From: Atribacterota bacterium
GTDB lineage: Bacteria; Atribacterota; Phoenicimicrobiia; Phoenicimicrobiales; Stramentimicrobiaceae
Direction: 5' to 3'
NCBI GenBank assembly: GCA_040774925.1
Contig: JAXGTM010000002.1
Location: 1 to 36,965, forward strand
Length of the DNA stretch: 36,965 nt
Shown here: piece by piece, positions 10,060-18,898 of the stretch
How positions within the stretch are numbered: the stretch's first letter is position 1
Layout: each line of letters begins with the position of its first letter
The notes under the pieces: model-generated
Told to the model about the DNA's origin: nothing
Databases searched by the model: none
Seen by the model: the letters and a program-made list of their open reading frames with translations, nothing else
Made by a program: the position numbers and the translations under genes

Positions 10060-10105
10060 TGTATTTGCTATATTTTACCTTATTAGCAAATACATGGTAA
10101 AATAA
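10060..10105. promoter_or_regulatory. Two interleaved perfect palindromes (candidate operator or RNA switch) upstream of the dehydrogenase gene
   Basis: ATGTATTTGCTA (10060-10071) is the reverse complement of TAGCAAATACAT (10085-10096). TATTTTACC (10072-10080) is the reverse complement of GGTAAAATA (10097-10105). I verified both base by base. Confidence 0.4.
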
Positions 10106-10205
10106 TAGTAGTTATAATTAGTTATAAGATAAAAAAAATAAAATTCTATTAATAGAACCGCTATTTTCATTAGAATGGAGGTTTATTTCTATTAAAAATA
10201 TAATT

Positions 10206-11390
10206 ATGAATAAATATTTTTTAATCTTCCCGATATTATTTAGTCTTTTGCTTTTGTCTCTAGTACCAGTAAGTGCAATAGCTGAAAATGATGGCACTGA
10301 AGTAGTATCACCTATTCTAGGAGGAGTACCGCAAACTGTTGAAGATAACTTTATCCTTGAACCGGAAGAATATCTGGTAGAAGTGTGGATTGAAAATCTC
10401 CGTATCCCCTGGGAACTTGTCTTTTTATCTGATAAGAGAGCTCTTCTTACTGAAAGAGCTGGTTCAGTCAGACTTATCGACAACGGTATTTTAGAGGAAA
10501 AACCTTATGTAACAATAGCCGAAGTTGAACATATAGGGGAAGGTGGCTTAATGGGTCTTGCTAAACACCCTGATTACCCCGAACAGAAATATCTTTACGT
10601 TATGTATACTTATCGAGAAGATGGGGCTCTCTTTAACAGGGTTGCCCGCTATTACGATACTGACAGTTCCATGGAATTTGATAGAATTATTATTGATAAA
10701 CTTCCTGCTTCCAATGTACATAATGGTGGACGAATAGCTTTCGGACCTGATGATATGCTCTATATTACTACCGGTGATACCTGGCATTCAGCTATAGCCC
10801 AGGATATAAACATTTTAGGAGGAAAAATTCTACGTCTCACACCTGAAGGAAAAATCCCTCTTGATAATCCTTTTCCCGACTCACCGGTATTCTCTTTCGG
10901 CCATCGTAATCCGCAAGGGTTAGCATGGCACCCCGAAAGCGGAATTCTATTCTCTTCTGAACATGGTCCTACAGGTGAGTTCGGTTTATATAGCAGAGAT
11001 GAGATCAATATCATTGAAAAAGGTGGAAATTATGGCTGGCCTCTAGCTGTGGGGGCAGCAGGAGTTGAACCATATAAAGATCCCCTGGTCATGTGGATGA
11101 AAACTACCCCTCCTTCCGGCATGTCTTTCTGGAATGGTTATTTATTTGTATCGACTTTGCGCAGTCAGACTCTATTAAGAATTGGATTGGTACAGAATGA
11201 AAACGAATCGTATAAAGTAGAAAGCATCGACAGATTATTTGCTGATGACTGGTCTATCGGTTCATATGGTCGCCTTCGCAGTGCTGTAACAGGATATGAT
11301 AATGCATTGTATGTATTGACCAATAATTATGATGGGAGAGGTTGGCCACTGGAAGGTGATGATAAAATATTGCGTATTACTACAAAATAA
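10206..11390 (+). CDS. Secreted PQQ-dependent sugar (glucose/sorbosone) dehydrogenase, beta-propeller family
   Basis: 394 aa with an N-terminal signal peptide (MNKYFLIFPILFSLLLLSLVPVSAIA). Soluble glucose dehydrogenase blocks present: HNGGRIAFGPDDMLYITTGD, GHRNPQGLAWHP, EHGPTG, GGNYGWP. Confidence 0.88.
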   Translation: MNKYFLIFPILFSLLLLSLVPVSAIAENDGTEVVSPILGGVPQTVEDNFILEPEEYLVEVWIENLRIPWELVFLSDKRALLTERAGSVRLIDNGILEEKPYVTIAEVEHIGEGGLMGLAKHPDYPEQKYLYVMYTYREDGALFNRVARYYDTDSSMEFDRIIIDKLPASNVHNGGRIAFGPDDMLYITTGDTWHSAIAQDINILGGKILRLTPEGKIPLDNPFPDSPVFSFGHRNPQGLAWHPESGILFSSEHGPTGEFGLYSRDEINIIEKGGNYGWPLAVGAAGVEPYKDPLVMWMKTTPPSGMSFWNGYLFVSTLRSQTLLRIGLVQNENESYKVESIDRLFADDWSIGSYGRLRSAVTGYDNALYVLTNNYDGRGWPLEGDDKILRITTK

Positions 11391-11506
11391 AACAGAGTAG
11401 TTTTATTTCTCATAAAAATATTTTTAGAAATTCTCTTATTACATATTGCAACCTTTTATCATTACTTTTTTTAATTTAGTTAAAGCTAAAGGTATTGGAG
11501 GAAATT

Positions 11507-12829
11507 TTGTTAAAAAGAATATTAATTTTATTAATTTTTCTCATAGTTCCTTTCTTTATATTGCCATGCGATATTCACTCAGTATCTGAATCTGTTTATA
11601 TTATTCCCGTTAAAGGGCAAATTGAACCGGGATGGTTATTATTCTTAAAACGCTCTCTAAAAGAAGCTGAGGAGGCAGGAGCAAAAGCCATTATTCTGGA
11701 TATGGACACACCCGGGGGATTTATAGATACAGCTCGTGAAGCTAAAAAACTATTTGGTGAATTGACCATACCCATTTATAGTTTTGTTCATAATGACGCC
11801 CTTTCTGCAGGGGCTTATCTGGCACTTGCTACTGATGGATTTTATATGGCACCCGGCTCTACCATAGGTGCAGCTGAGCCTGTTCTTTTAACCGGGAAAC
11901 AGGTAGATGAGAAGATACTCTCTTTCTGGGAAGCTGAGATGAGGAGTACAGCTGAAAGGCAGGGAAAAGACCCTTTGATTGCAGCAGCCATGGTGCGTAG
12001 AGAGTTAGTATTAGAAGGTTTAGTTAAAGAGGGAGAATTATTGACACTGACTACTCAGGAGGCAGAAAGGTTATCCTTCAGTAATGGTACAGTAAATTCT
12101 ATAACAGAGCTGTTAGAAATAATTGGTTTACCCGCTAATGAGATAATTTATAGCTCCGCTACTTTCTGGGAAAAATTGAGTGGATGGGTGATTAATCCAA
12201 TTGTAGCTACTGTGCTATTAATGTTGGGCTTTTTCTTTCTGGCAGTTGAATTGATGGTTGCAGGATTTGGTATAGGGGGATTTTTGAGCATATTAGCCTT
12301 CAGTCTCTATTTTGGTGGTCGTTTTTTAACCGGTATCAGCGGATGGCCAGCGCTTCTACTCTTCATTCTTGGTATTGTTTTACTATTAATAGAAGCATTC
12401 ATTCCTGGTTTTGGTATCTTTGGTATAAGTGGATTAACTGCTGTAATTATTGCTATTGTACTGTCTGCGGCTTCAGCTGCTGCAGGAATATATATGCTAT
12501 CACTCTCTCTCTTTACTGCTGCTATTGCCAGTTTTCTGGCTTTCAAATATTTTCAGAAAAGAGGAGCTTTAAGAAAATTTGTATTAACAGAGTCTGCTAC
12601 CAGAGAAGCGGGATACAGTTCTTCTGCAGACTATAGTTATCTGGTAGGTAAATCAGGTACAACACTTACCCCTCTGCGTCCATCTGGAATTGTTGAAATA
12701 GATGGGCAGAGGTATGATACAATCAGTTTAGATGGTTTTATAGAACCAGATGAAACAGTTGAGGTAAAAAAAGTAGAGGGCTATAAAATAATTGTAGCTC
12801 AGGAAAAGAAGAGAAAAAAAGATAAATAA
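11507..12829 (+). CDS. nfeD: NfeD-family membrane-bound ClpP-class serine protease (long form)
   Basis: An N-terminal ClpP-like domain (ILDMDTPGGFIDTAREA, ALSAGAYLALA) is followed by a multi-TM block and a C-terminal OB-fold tail (TLTPLRPSGIVEIDGQRYD). The ORF track opens at TTG 11495. The in-frame TTG at 11507 sits 5 nt after GGAGG (11497-11501) and is preferred, though the start is uncertain. Confidence 0.85.
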   Translation: MLKRILILLIFLIVPFFILPCDIHSVSESVYIIPVKGQIEPGWLLFLKRSLKEAEEAGAKAIILDMDTPGGFIDTAREAKKLFGELTIPIYSFVHNDALSAGAYLALATDGFYMAPGSTIGAAEPVLLTGKQVDEKILSFWEAEMRSTAERQGKDPLIAAAMVRRELVLEGLVKEGELLTLTTQEAERLSFSNGTVNSITELLEIIGLPANEIIYSSATFWEKLSGWVINPIVATVLLMLGFFFLAVELMVAGFGIGGFLSILAFSLYFGGRFLTGISGWPALLLFILGIVLLLIEAFIPGFGIFGISGLTAVIIAIVLSAASAAAGIYMLSLSLFTAAIASFLAFKYFQKRGALRKFVLTESATREAGYSSSADYSYLVGKSGTTLTPLRPSGIVEIDGQRYDTISLDGFIEPDETVEVKKVEGYKIIVAQEKKRKKDK

Positions 12830-12844
12830 AATGGAGGATTAAGA

Positions 12845-13858
12845 TTGATTATGGTAAATATGGTAAGTTTATTACCGTTTTTGGTATTAGTATTTCTTCT
12901 TGTTTTTGTTTTTTCAGTAATTTTCAGCTTTATCCCTTTAAGATTATGGATTGCTGCACTGGCAGCCGGTGTTAAGGTAGGCCTTATAAATTTAATTGGA
13001 ATGAGGCTACGACGGGTTGTTCCTTCTAAGGTAGTAGAGCCTTTAATTAAAGCCACTAAGGCTGGACTGGAAGATGTTAATGTTAACAAACTGGAAGGTC
13101 ATTATCTAGCCGGAGGAAATGTAGATAATGTCATTAATGCTCTTATAGCTGCACAGAGGGCAAATATAGACCTTGGATTTGAAAGAGCAGCTGCAATTGA
13201 CCTGGCGGGCAGAGAAGTTTTACAGGCAGTTCAGATGAGTGTAAATCCAAAAGTAATCGAAACGCCTGTGGTAGCAGCGGTAGCCATTAATGGTATTGAG
13301 GTAAAAGCAAAGGCACGAGTAACAGTGAGGGCTAATATTGAACGATTAGTCGGAGGAGCGGGTGAAGAAACTGTAATCGCGCGAGTTGGGGAAGGTATAG
13401 TCACTACTATCGGTTCAGCAAAAACTCATAAAGATGTTTTAGAAAATCCTGATGAGATATCAAAAACTATTCTTAAAAAAGGGCTTGACTCAGGAACTGC
13501 ATTCGAAATTTTATCTATTGATATTGCAGATGTAGATGTTGGAGAAAATATCGGTGCCCGATTACAGACCGATCAGGCTGAAGCTGATAAACGAATAGCA
13601 CAGGCTAAAGCTGAGGAGAGAAGAGCTATGGCTGCCGCACGTGAACAGGAAATGAAAGCATATGTTCAAGAAATGAGAGCAAAAGTAGTAGAGGCTGAAG
13701 CTGAAATCCCAAAAGCTATGGCCCAAGCACTCAAAGAGGGAAAGCTTGGTGTAATGGATTATTATAATCTGCAGAATATACAATCAGATACTCAGATGAG
13801 AAGTACAATCGCTAAAATGGGACCTGATAGTGAGAAGAAAGATCCCACTGGCCAATAA
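12845..13858 (+). CDS. floA: Flotillin-like protein FloA (SPFH/UPF0365 family)
   Basis: 337 aa with an N-terminal TM hairpin, then [29 protein letters not shown] core and Ala/Glu-rich coiled coil present ([27 protein letters not shown]). TTG start 7 nt after GGAGG. It follows nfeD, as in the Bacillus yqeZ-yqfA arrangement. Confidence 0.9.
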   Translation: MIMVNMVSLLPFLVLVFLLVFVFSVIFSFIPLRLWIAALAAGVKVGLINLIGMRLRRVVPSKVVEPLIKATKAGLEDVNVNKLEGHYLAGGNVDNVINALIAAQRANIDLGFERAAAIDLAGREVLQAVQMSVNPKVIETPVVAAVAINGIEVKAKARVTVRANIERLVGGAGEETVIARVGEGIVTTIGSAKTHKDVLENPDEISKTILKKGLDSGTAFEILSIDIADVDVGENIGARLQTDQAEADKRIAQAKAEERRAMAAAREQEMKAYVQEMRAKVVEAEAEIPKAMAQALKEGKLGVMDYYNLQNIQSDTQMRSTIAKMGPDSEKKDPTGQ

Positions 13859-13917
13859 TAGCAGATGAGGTATTAAGGAAAAAATATCTCTACTAAAAAA
13901 GATACAGGTGCAGGAAA

Positions 13918-14454
13918 ATGGAATTTTTAATATTTGTATTTGTAATTGTGTCAATTCTGTCTTCTTTGAATGATTGGGCAAAGAAAAAAAGAGAGAAAAA
14001 AAGAGAAAAATTCTTTGACCCATGGTCATTTGAAAGAGATTCACAGATAGAAAGATTAAAGAAAATTGGTAAGAAAGAAGACAGCTTCAAGAAAACATCT
14101 GATAAAACGAAAACTTCATTGTCAAAAGATGAAATAGGTGATGGAGTTCTGGAAAAAGAAGAGTATTTCGTGGATCATCTTATTTACCCTAAAGAGAGAG
14201 AAGAATTTATCTCCCCACCTATTGCAGGTAAACAGAAGACAAAGAAAAAGATTGTTCAGTCAATCTTATCTAAGAAAGATGAGAAAGAGGATATATTATC
14301 ACCTCCCCTGCCAGATTCATTTAATCTAAGAAAAGAAGTGGCAAAGATACTTAGTAGCAGTCAACTTCCTCAGGCAATTTTAATTTCAGAAATACTGGGA
14401 CCCCCTAGAGCTTTCAAACCACATAAAATAAATAATTACAAAAAATTTAATTAG
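13918..14454 (+). CDS. Hypothetical membrane-anchored Lys/Glu-rich protein (third gene of the nfeD-floA cluster)
   Basis: 178 aa with one N-terminal TM helix (MEFLIFVFVIVSILSSL), a highly charged low-complexity middle, and the C-terminal motif LPQAILISEILGPPRAF. ATG start. A strong terminator follows. I recognise no family. Confidence 0.6.
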   Translation: MEFLIFVFVIVSILSSLNDWAKKKREKKREKFFDPWSFERDSQIERLKKIGKKEDSFKKTSDKTKTSLSKDEIGDGVLEKEEYFVDHLIYPKEREEFISPPIAGKQKTKKKIVQSILSKKDEKEDILSPPLPDSFNLRKEVAKILSSSQLPQAILISEILGPPRAFKPHKINNYKKFN

Positions 14455-14492
14455 AGAATAAAGAGTTAAAGCATATTGGTCTTTTTCATATT

Positions 14493-14539
14493 AAAAAATA
14501 TCGTGATATCAGAGGTCTTCTGATATCACGATATTTTTT
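14493..14539. terminator. Bidirectional rho-independent terminator between convergent genes
   Basis: Perfect 16-bp stem ATATCGTGATATCAGA / TCTGATATCACGATAT with a 5-nt loop (GGTCT). It is flanked by A6 on the left and T6 on the right, so either strand reads hairpin plus U-tract. Confidence 0.88.
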
Positions 14540-14630
14540 GTTACTTTCTCTTAATTATAATGCTTTACAATTTTTGCCATCTGTTGCAACTGCTCTTTAA
14601 CCCACATATATTCTTTAATTTCAATTGTTA

Positions 14631-15572
14631 TTATTTTAATTTATTATATATCTCTTTAATATTGGGAATATCTACACTATTTTCTTCAGCCATACGTAAA
14701 AGTGTTCCACCAAAGATATCCCCTTCATTCCTCTCGTCTCCTCTGGAATAGTCCTTTTGATAAGAAGTTGTTGTATCATAGGGAAATCCGCTGGCAATCT
14801 TCATAGAATTGTCGATTACTTCTTCTTTTAAATCTATGTTTTTGGATTTTGCAATGAGGACGATTTCTTTCATAATACTCTCTGCTAAATCTTTCAGTGT
14901 TTTATCCTCCAAAACTCCGCCAATACTTTTGCCGGAATAAGCTGTTATTAAACCAAATGCTGCTATGAATACATATTTTTCCCATATTGTGACATAAGGA
15001 TTATCAAACCAATCTGCCCTTATATTCATTTCGGCAAACAATTCTTTCAGATTATTATAATCATAGTTTTTGTTTGCCGGGTCCGGGCCGTAAGCAATCC
15101 GTCCCTCTGGTCCTTTTTGCCTGATAACGCCGGGGCTTTCAATAGCGGAAGAAACATATACGGCTGCAGGGATAACTATCCCATCAGACATAATAATCCT
15201 AATTCGCTCATATATGTCGATACCATTGAGTAACGGTAGAATTATAGTATCAGAATTCATGTTTTTCCCTATTTCCATTACAGCATTATTGAGGTCATAA
15301 CCTTTTACACAGAGAAGATACAGGTCAGGGGTAGGAATATTTTTTATGTTATCTGTAGCAATATTCGGAAAACCTTTTATTTCTCCCTCATAAGTATCTG
15401 AAATTATACTTATCCCTTTTTCTTGAATTTTCGCTAAATGTCCACCTCTAGCAATAAAATAGACCTCATATTCGAGGTTATCCTTGTTAATTTTATTGGC
15501 AATTCTTCCACCAAAATATCCGCCAATACCGCCAATACCAAATACAGCTATTTTTTTAATTCTTTTCAACAT
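14631..15572 (-). CDS. panE: 2-dehydropantoate 2-reductase (ketopantoate reductase, ApbA/PanE family)
   Basis: 313 aa. The N-terminal Rossmann motif IAVFGIGGIGGYFGGRIA and the overall length and pattern fit the PanE/ApbA family (LLCVKGYDL, ...TSYQKDY). Confidence 0.8.
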   Translation of the reverse strand: MLKRIKKIAVFGIGGIGGYFGGRIANKINKDNLEYEVYFIARGGHLAKIQEKGISIISDTYEGEIKGFPNIATDNIKNIPTPDLYLLCVKGYDLNNAVMEIGKNMNSDTIILPLLNGIDIYERIRIIMSDGIVIPAAVYVSSAIESPGVIRQKGPEGRIAYGPDPANKNYDYNNLKELFAEMNIRADWFDNPYVTIWEKYVFIAAFGLITAYSGKSIGGVLEDKTLKDLAESIMKEIVLIAKSKNIDLKEEVIDNSMKIASGFPYDTTTSYQKDYSRGDERNEGDIFGGTLLRMAEENSVDIPNIKEIYNKLK

Positions 15573-15857
15573 TTTTTATTCCTTTCTCAATTTTTTTATT
15601 TCCTCCACTTTATTCAGTATAAATATTTTAGTAATCTGGGTCAAGCTTTCGAGCGAATATGGTAAAGTGATGAAAATTCGTTTATATGATTTATTTGCCT
15701 GAGAAAATTTTTCTATTATATATTATAATAATTATAGGTGCATAAATATTTTGCATATATATTTTAGAAATATTTTGTTATTTCTCTATTTCTATGTATA
15801 AACTATAAGAATTTGCTTTTAAAATACTTCAAAAATACAAAAGAAAGAAGTTATATT

Positions 15858-17540
15858 ATGAGTAATATAAAAAATAAAACAATTAACGTTGCCATTCTCC
15901 AGTTAAAAGCCTGGCCTTTTTCAAAACACGAAGAAAATAAAGAACATATTTTTCAATTTATTGAAAAGGCTTCTACTTTAAAACCAGATTTGATAGTATT
16001 GCCTGAATGTGTTTACCCCTGTTATTTTCTATCCCCCAGAATTATCCCTGATTACAAAGCATTAGGAATCCTTTGTGACAATTTTTTAACAGAAATAAAG
16101 AATTATGCAAAAAAATATGGCACTTTTTTAGCCCTTTGTTTACCGGAATATATTCCTGACAAAAATCTTCTGTATAATTCAGCTGTTCTGATTGATGATA
16201 AAGGAGAAGAGATTGGACGGACCAGAAAATCCTTTCTCTGGCATTTTGATAGTAAATGGTTTAAACCGGACTCTTATTATCCAGTTTTTGACACCAGAAT
16301 CGGTAAAATTGGAATGTTCATCTGTGCAGATGGTCGCCAACCGGAAATTGCCCGTTCTTTGTCCTTACAGGGTGCAGAGGTATTATTAGATTTTACCAAT
16401 CTTGTTACTACAGGGCTTGAGAAAAGGAATTGGACTAATCCACAAGTAGATTACATCATCCCTACCCGGGCATTAGAAAATAGAATTTGGATTGTGCTGG
16501 CAAATAAAGTGGGTTTTGAAGAAAACTCTATTCAGTGCTGTGGAAAAAGTGCATTCTTTTCACCTGATGGAGAAGCAGTGAAAATGGCTTCCTCTGACCA
16601 TGAAGAAATCCTGTTTAAAGAGATAGACCTCTCCCTGTCAAATCAGAAAAATATTAATAATGCTATTGACGTTTTTAAAGATAGAAGGCCTGAGTTGTAT
16701 GATTATATTACTTTGCCTACAAATAACCTTCCAGAAAAAGATATTTTCTTAAAGCCGTCTGATGCTAAAATTAAAAACCCATTTGCTGCAGTAATTCAAA
16801 TTAAGGGACAATCCAGTTCTTTAGAGAAAGATGATGATTTTTCTACCATTCTCTCCAGGATTGAATATTATTTTCATACTCTGGCAGAGCAGGATGTAGA
16901 TATACTCTCTTTTTCGCAGATAAATAATCTTTCCATTCAAAATAATACGATTATTTTAGATTTACTCAAAGAATTAACTAAAAATACTTCTCGGCTTTGT
17001 TCTTTTGTGTTAAAGGAAAATGAAGGCTCTGCTAATTATAAAACTATTTACCTCGTTCAATCTGGAAAGGTAATTGGTAGGTACAGTAAAACACATATAA
17101 AATTTCCTGAAAGAGATAATATTACTCCTGGAAAAGATGGTTTCCCGGTATATAAAACACAATTTGGCAATATAGGATTGCTCCTTGATTATGAAGGATT
17201 TTTTCCAGAAATTGCACGAATCCTGACTTTAAAAGGTGCGGATATTATTATCTGGGCAGGACAATTCGGTCTTGATGAACATATTAAGATCTGCCAAACC
17301 AGAAGTGCAGAAAACAAAATATTTACCATATGCCTTAACTCAATTGAGCAGAACGGTAACGGACATAGTGTGATAGTTTCACCATCAGGCCAGATTATAG
17401 CAGGTTGTTTAGAAAATCAGGAGATTGCCAGTGCCACCTCAATATCTATCTGCATGTCCCGAGATAAAGTAATTGTACCCAACACTAATGCCATTTTGAA
17501 CAGGCTACCGGAATCTTATTATCGATTGACTTCTTTATAA
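15858..17540 (+). CDS. Tandem carbon-nitrogen hydrolase (nitrilase superfamily) protein: active N-terminal domain plus degenerate C-terminal domain
   Basis: Domain 1 has the Glu-Lys-Cys triad context (LIVLPECV, GRTRKSFLW, GMFICADGRQPE; Cys codon 16323-16325). Domain 2 is collinear, but the same positions read ILSFSQIN, RYSKTHIK, GLLLDYEGFFPE. The ORF track opens at TTG 15813; the ATG at 15858 (MSNIKNKTINVAILQ) is preferred. Confidence 0.85.
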   Translation: MSNIKNKTINVAILQLKAWPFSKHEENKEHIFQFIEKASTLKPDLIVLPECVYPCYFLSPRIIPDYKALGILCDNFLTEIKNYAKKYGTFLALCLPEYIPDKNLLYNSAVLIDDKGEEIGRTRKSFLWHFDSKWFKPDSYYPVFDTRIGKIGMFICADGRQPEIARSLSLQGAEVLLDFTNLVTTGLEKRNWTNPQVDYIIPTRALENRIWIVLANKVGFEENSIQCCGKSAFFSPDGEAVKMASSDHEEILFKEIDLSLSNQKNINNAIDVFKDRRPELYDYITLPTNNLPEKDIFLKPSDAKIKNPFAAVIQIKGQSSSLEKDDDFSTILSRIEYYFHTLAEQDVDILSFSQINNLSIQNNTIILDLLKELTKNTSRLCSFVLKENEGSANYKTIYLVQSGKVIGRYSKTHIKFPERDNITPGKDGFPVYKTQFGNIGLLLDYEGFFPEIARILTLKGADIIIWAGQFGLDEHIKICQTRSAENKIFTICLNSIEQNGNGHSVIVSPSGQIIAGCLENQEIASATSISICMSRDKVIVPNTNAILNRLPESYYRLTSL

Positions 17541-17947
17541 TTAAATAGATGCTACAAGTATTGCCAATAGTTATTAAGTCAATTATAATGTTGTTTAAAT
17601 AATTAAAATACCGGTTTTTTGGAAACCGTCTTTAGTATTAAGATATATGTTATTTAATTATTATTTTCAATCGTATTGCTATATTTGAGAGTTTTAACTT
17701 TTTAGTAATGTTTTAGCTTATTTATTTACTCCCAACAAAATATTTCTATATCCTTTTACAGTTGATATCTTATTGATGTTTAATAAGAACAATATACATC
17801 GTTTGATTTTTTGTTATGAAATAAAAATCTCTCTATTTTTTGCCATTTCATAACTGGAAAAGATGGAGTATATTCAGGAAAATGAGAGACAGTAAGTATA
17901 TTTATTATTATTGCAACTAACCAATATTGTTTATTAGGAGTAAATTC

Positions 17948-18850
17948 TTGAAAGCAGAACTGATTGTCAACCGTACTGCTGGTGGCGGAAAACCAAAGAA
18001 GCATATTTCAGAAATTTTAGATTATTTTGATCGGGTAAATTTTGACTATCATATTAGCTGGACACCATATTCAGGGAGCGCTCCATTGCTGGTACAGCAG
18101 GCTATAGAACGTGGCGCTGACTCAATAATCTCTGTCGGTGGGGATGGCACTATAAATGAGGTTATTAATGGTATTATTCAATCACCTGGGGAACCGACAT
18201 TTGGTATAATACCGGCTGGCTGGGCAAATGATTTTATAAAGAGTACCTCTATACCTAAAGACATTATTGAGGCATGCAAGACCATTACTAATCAAAAAAC
18301 TAAAATGATAGATATAGGTTTAATCAATGAAAAAACCTATTTTGCTAATGTATGTGGAATAGGCTTTGATGCTGAAATAGCAGCCCTGGCAAATAAGATG
18401 AAAACAAACCACCCTAACTGGGAAATATTGAGTGCATATGTTTATGTTTTCGCTACCATTCAGAAACTGCTTTCTCCCTTACCCTCTTTTCAGGCAAAAA
18501 TCACTATTGACGGACAAACTATAGAAGGAGAGATGTTACTAATTGCAGTTGCTAATGGCAGAATCGAGGGTGGAAAGTTTAATATTACTCCATCTGCAAA
18601 AATTGATGATGGCCTACTGGATATATGCGTTATAAGAAAAATGAACAGACTTCGCTGTCTTTACCTTTTACCAAAAGCGATAAAAGGAACACACCATGAA
18701 ATATCAGAGGTTTCCTTTTTCAAAGGAAAGGACATATTAATAGAACTGGATAAGCCAGTAACTGCGCAGGTTGCAGGTGAAATATTACCAGAAGAACAAA
18801 ATTATCATATTAAAATTTTGCCACAAAAGCTTAAATTGATTGTCCCCTGA
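17948..18850 (+). CDS. Diacylglycerol-kinase-family lipid kinase (YegS/BmrU-like)
   Basis: Motifs AELIVNRTAGGGK and SVGGDGTINEVING fit the DAGK catalytic domain. The ORF track opens at TTG 17927. The in-frame TTG at 17948 lies 7 nt after AGGAG (17936-17940) and is preferred. Confidence 0.85.
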   Translation: MKAELIVNRTAGGGKPKKHISEILDYFDRVNFDYHISWTPYSGSAPLLVQQAIERGADSIISVGGDGTINEVINGIIQSPGEPTFGIIPAGWANDFIKSTSIPKDIIEACKTITNQKTKMIDIGLINEKTYFANVCGIGFDAEIAALANKMKTNHPNWEILSAYVYVFATIQKLLSPLPSFQAKITIDGQTIEGEMLLIAVANGRIEGGKFNITPSAKIDDGLLDICVIRKMNRLRCLYLLPKAIKGTHHEISEVSFFKGKDILIELDKPVTAQVAGEILPEEQNYHIKILPQKLKLIVP

Positions 18851-18898
18851 TTTCTTTAATTTTTTCTTTCTAACCCAGCCCATTATATCTAATTGTAA

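Noticed and set aside
10118-10483. 121-aa minus-strand ORF overlapping the start of the PQQ-type dehydrogenase gene
   Set aside because: It is antisense to a gene with strong family motifs and a signal peptide. Its own sequence is Ser/Arg/Ile-rich with no motif. The shadow ORFs 10548-10787 and 10760-11014 are rejected likewise.
17612-17628. Possible terminator hairpin CGGTTT-TTTGG-AAACCG downstream of the CN-hydrolase gene
   Set aside because: The stem is only 6 bp and is followed by TCTTT rather than a clean U-tract. This is too weak to call as a feature.
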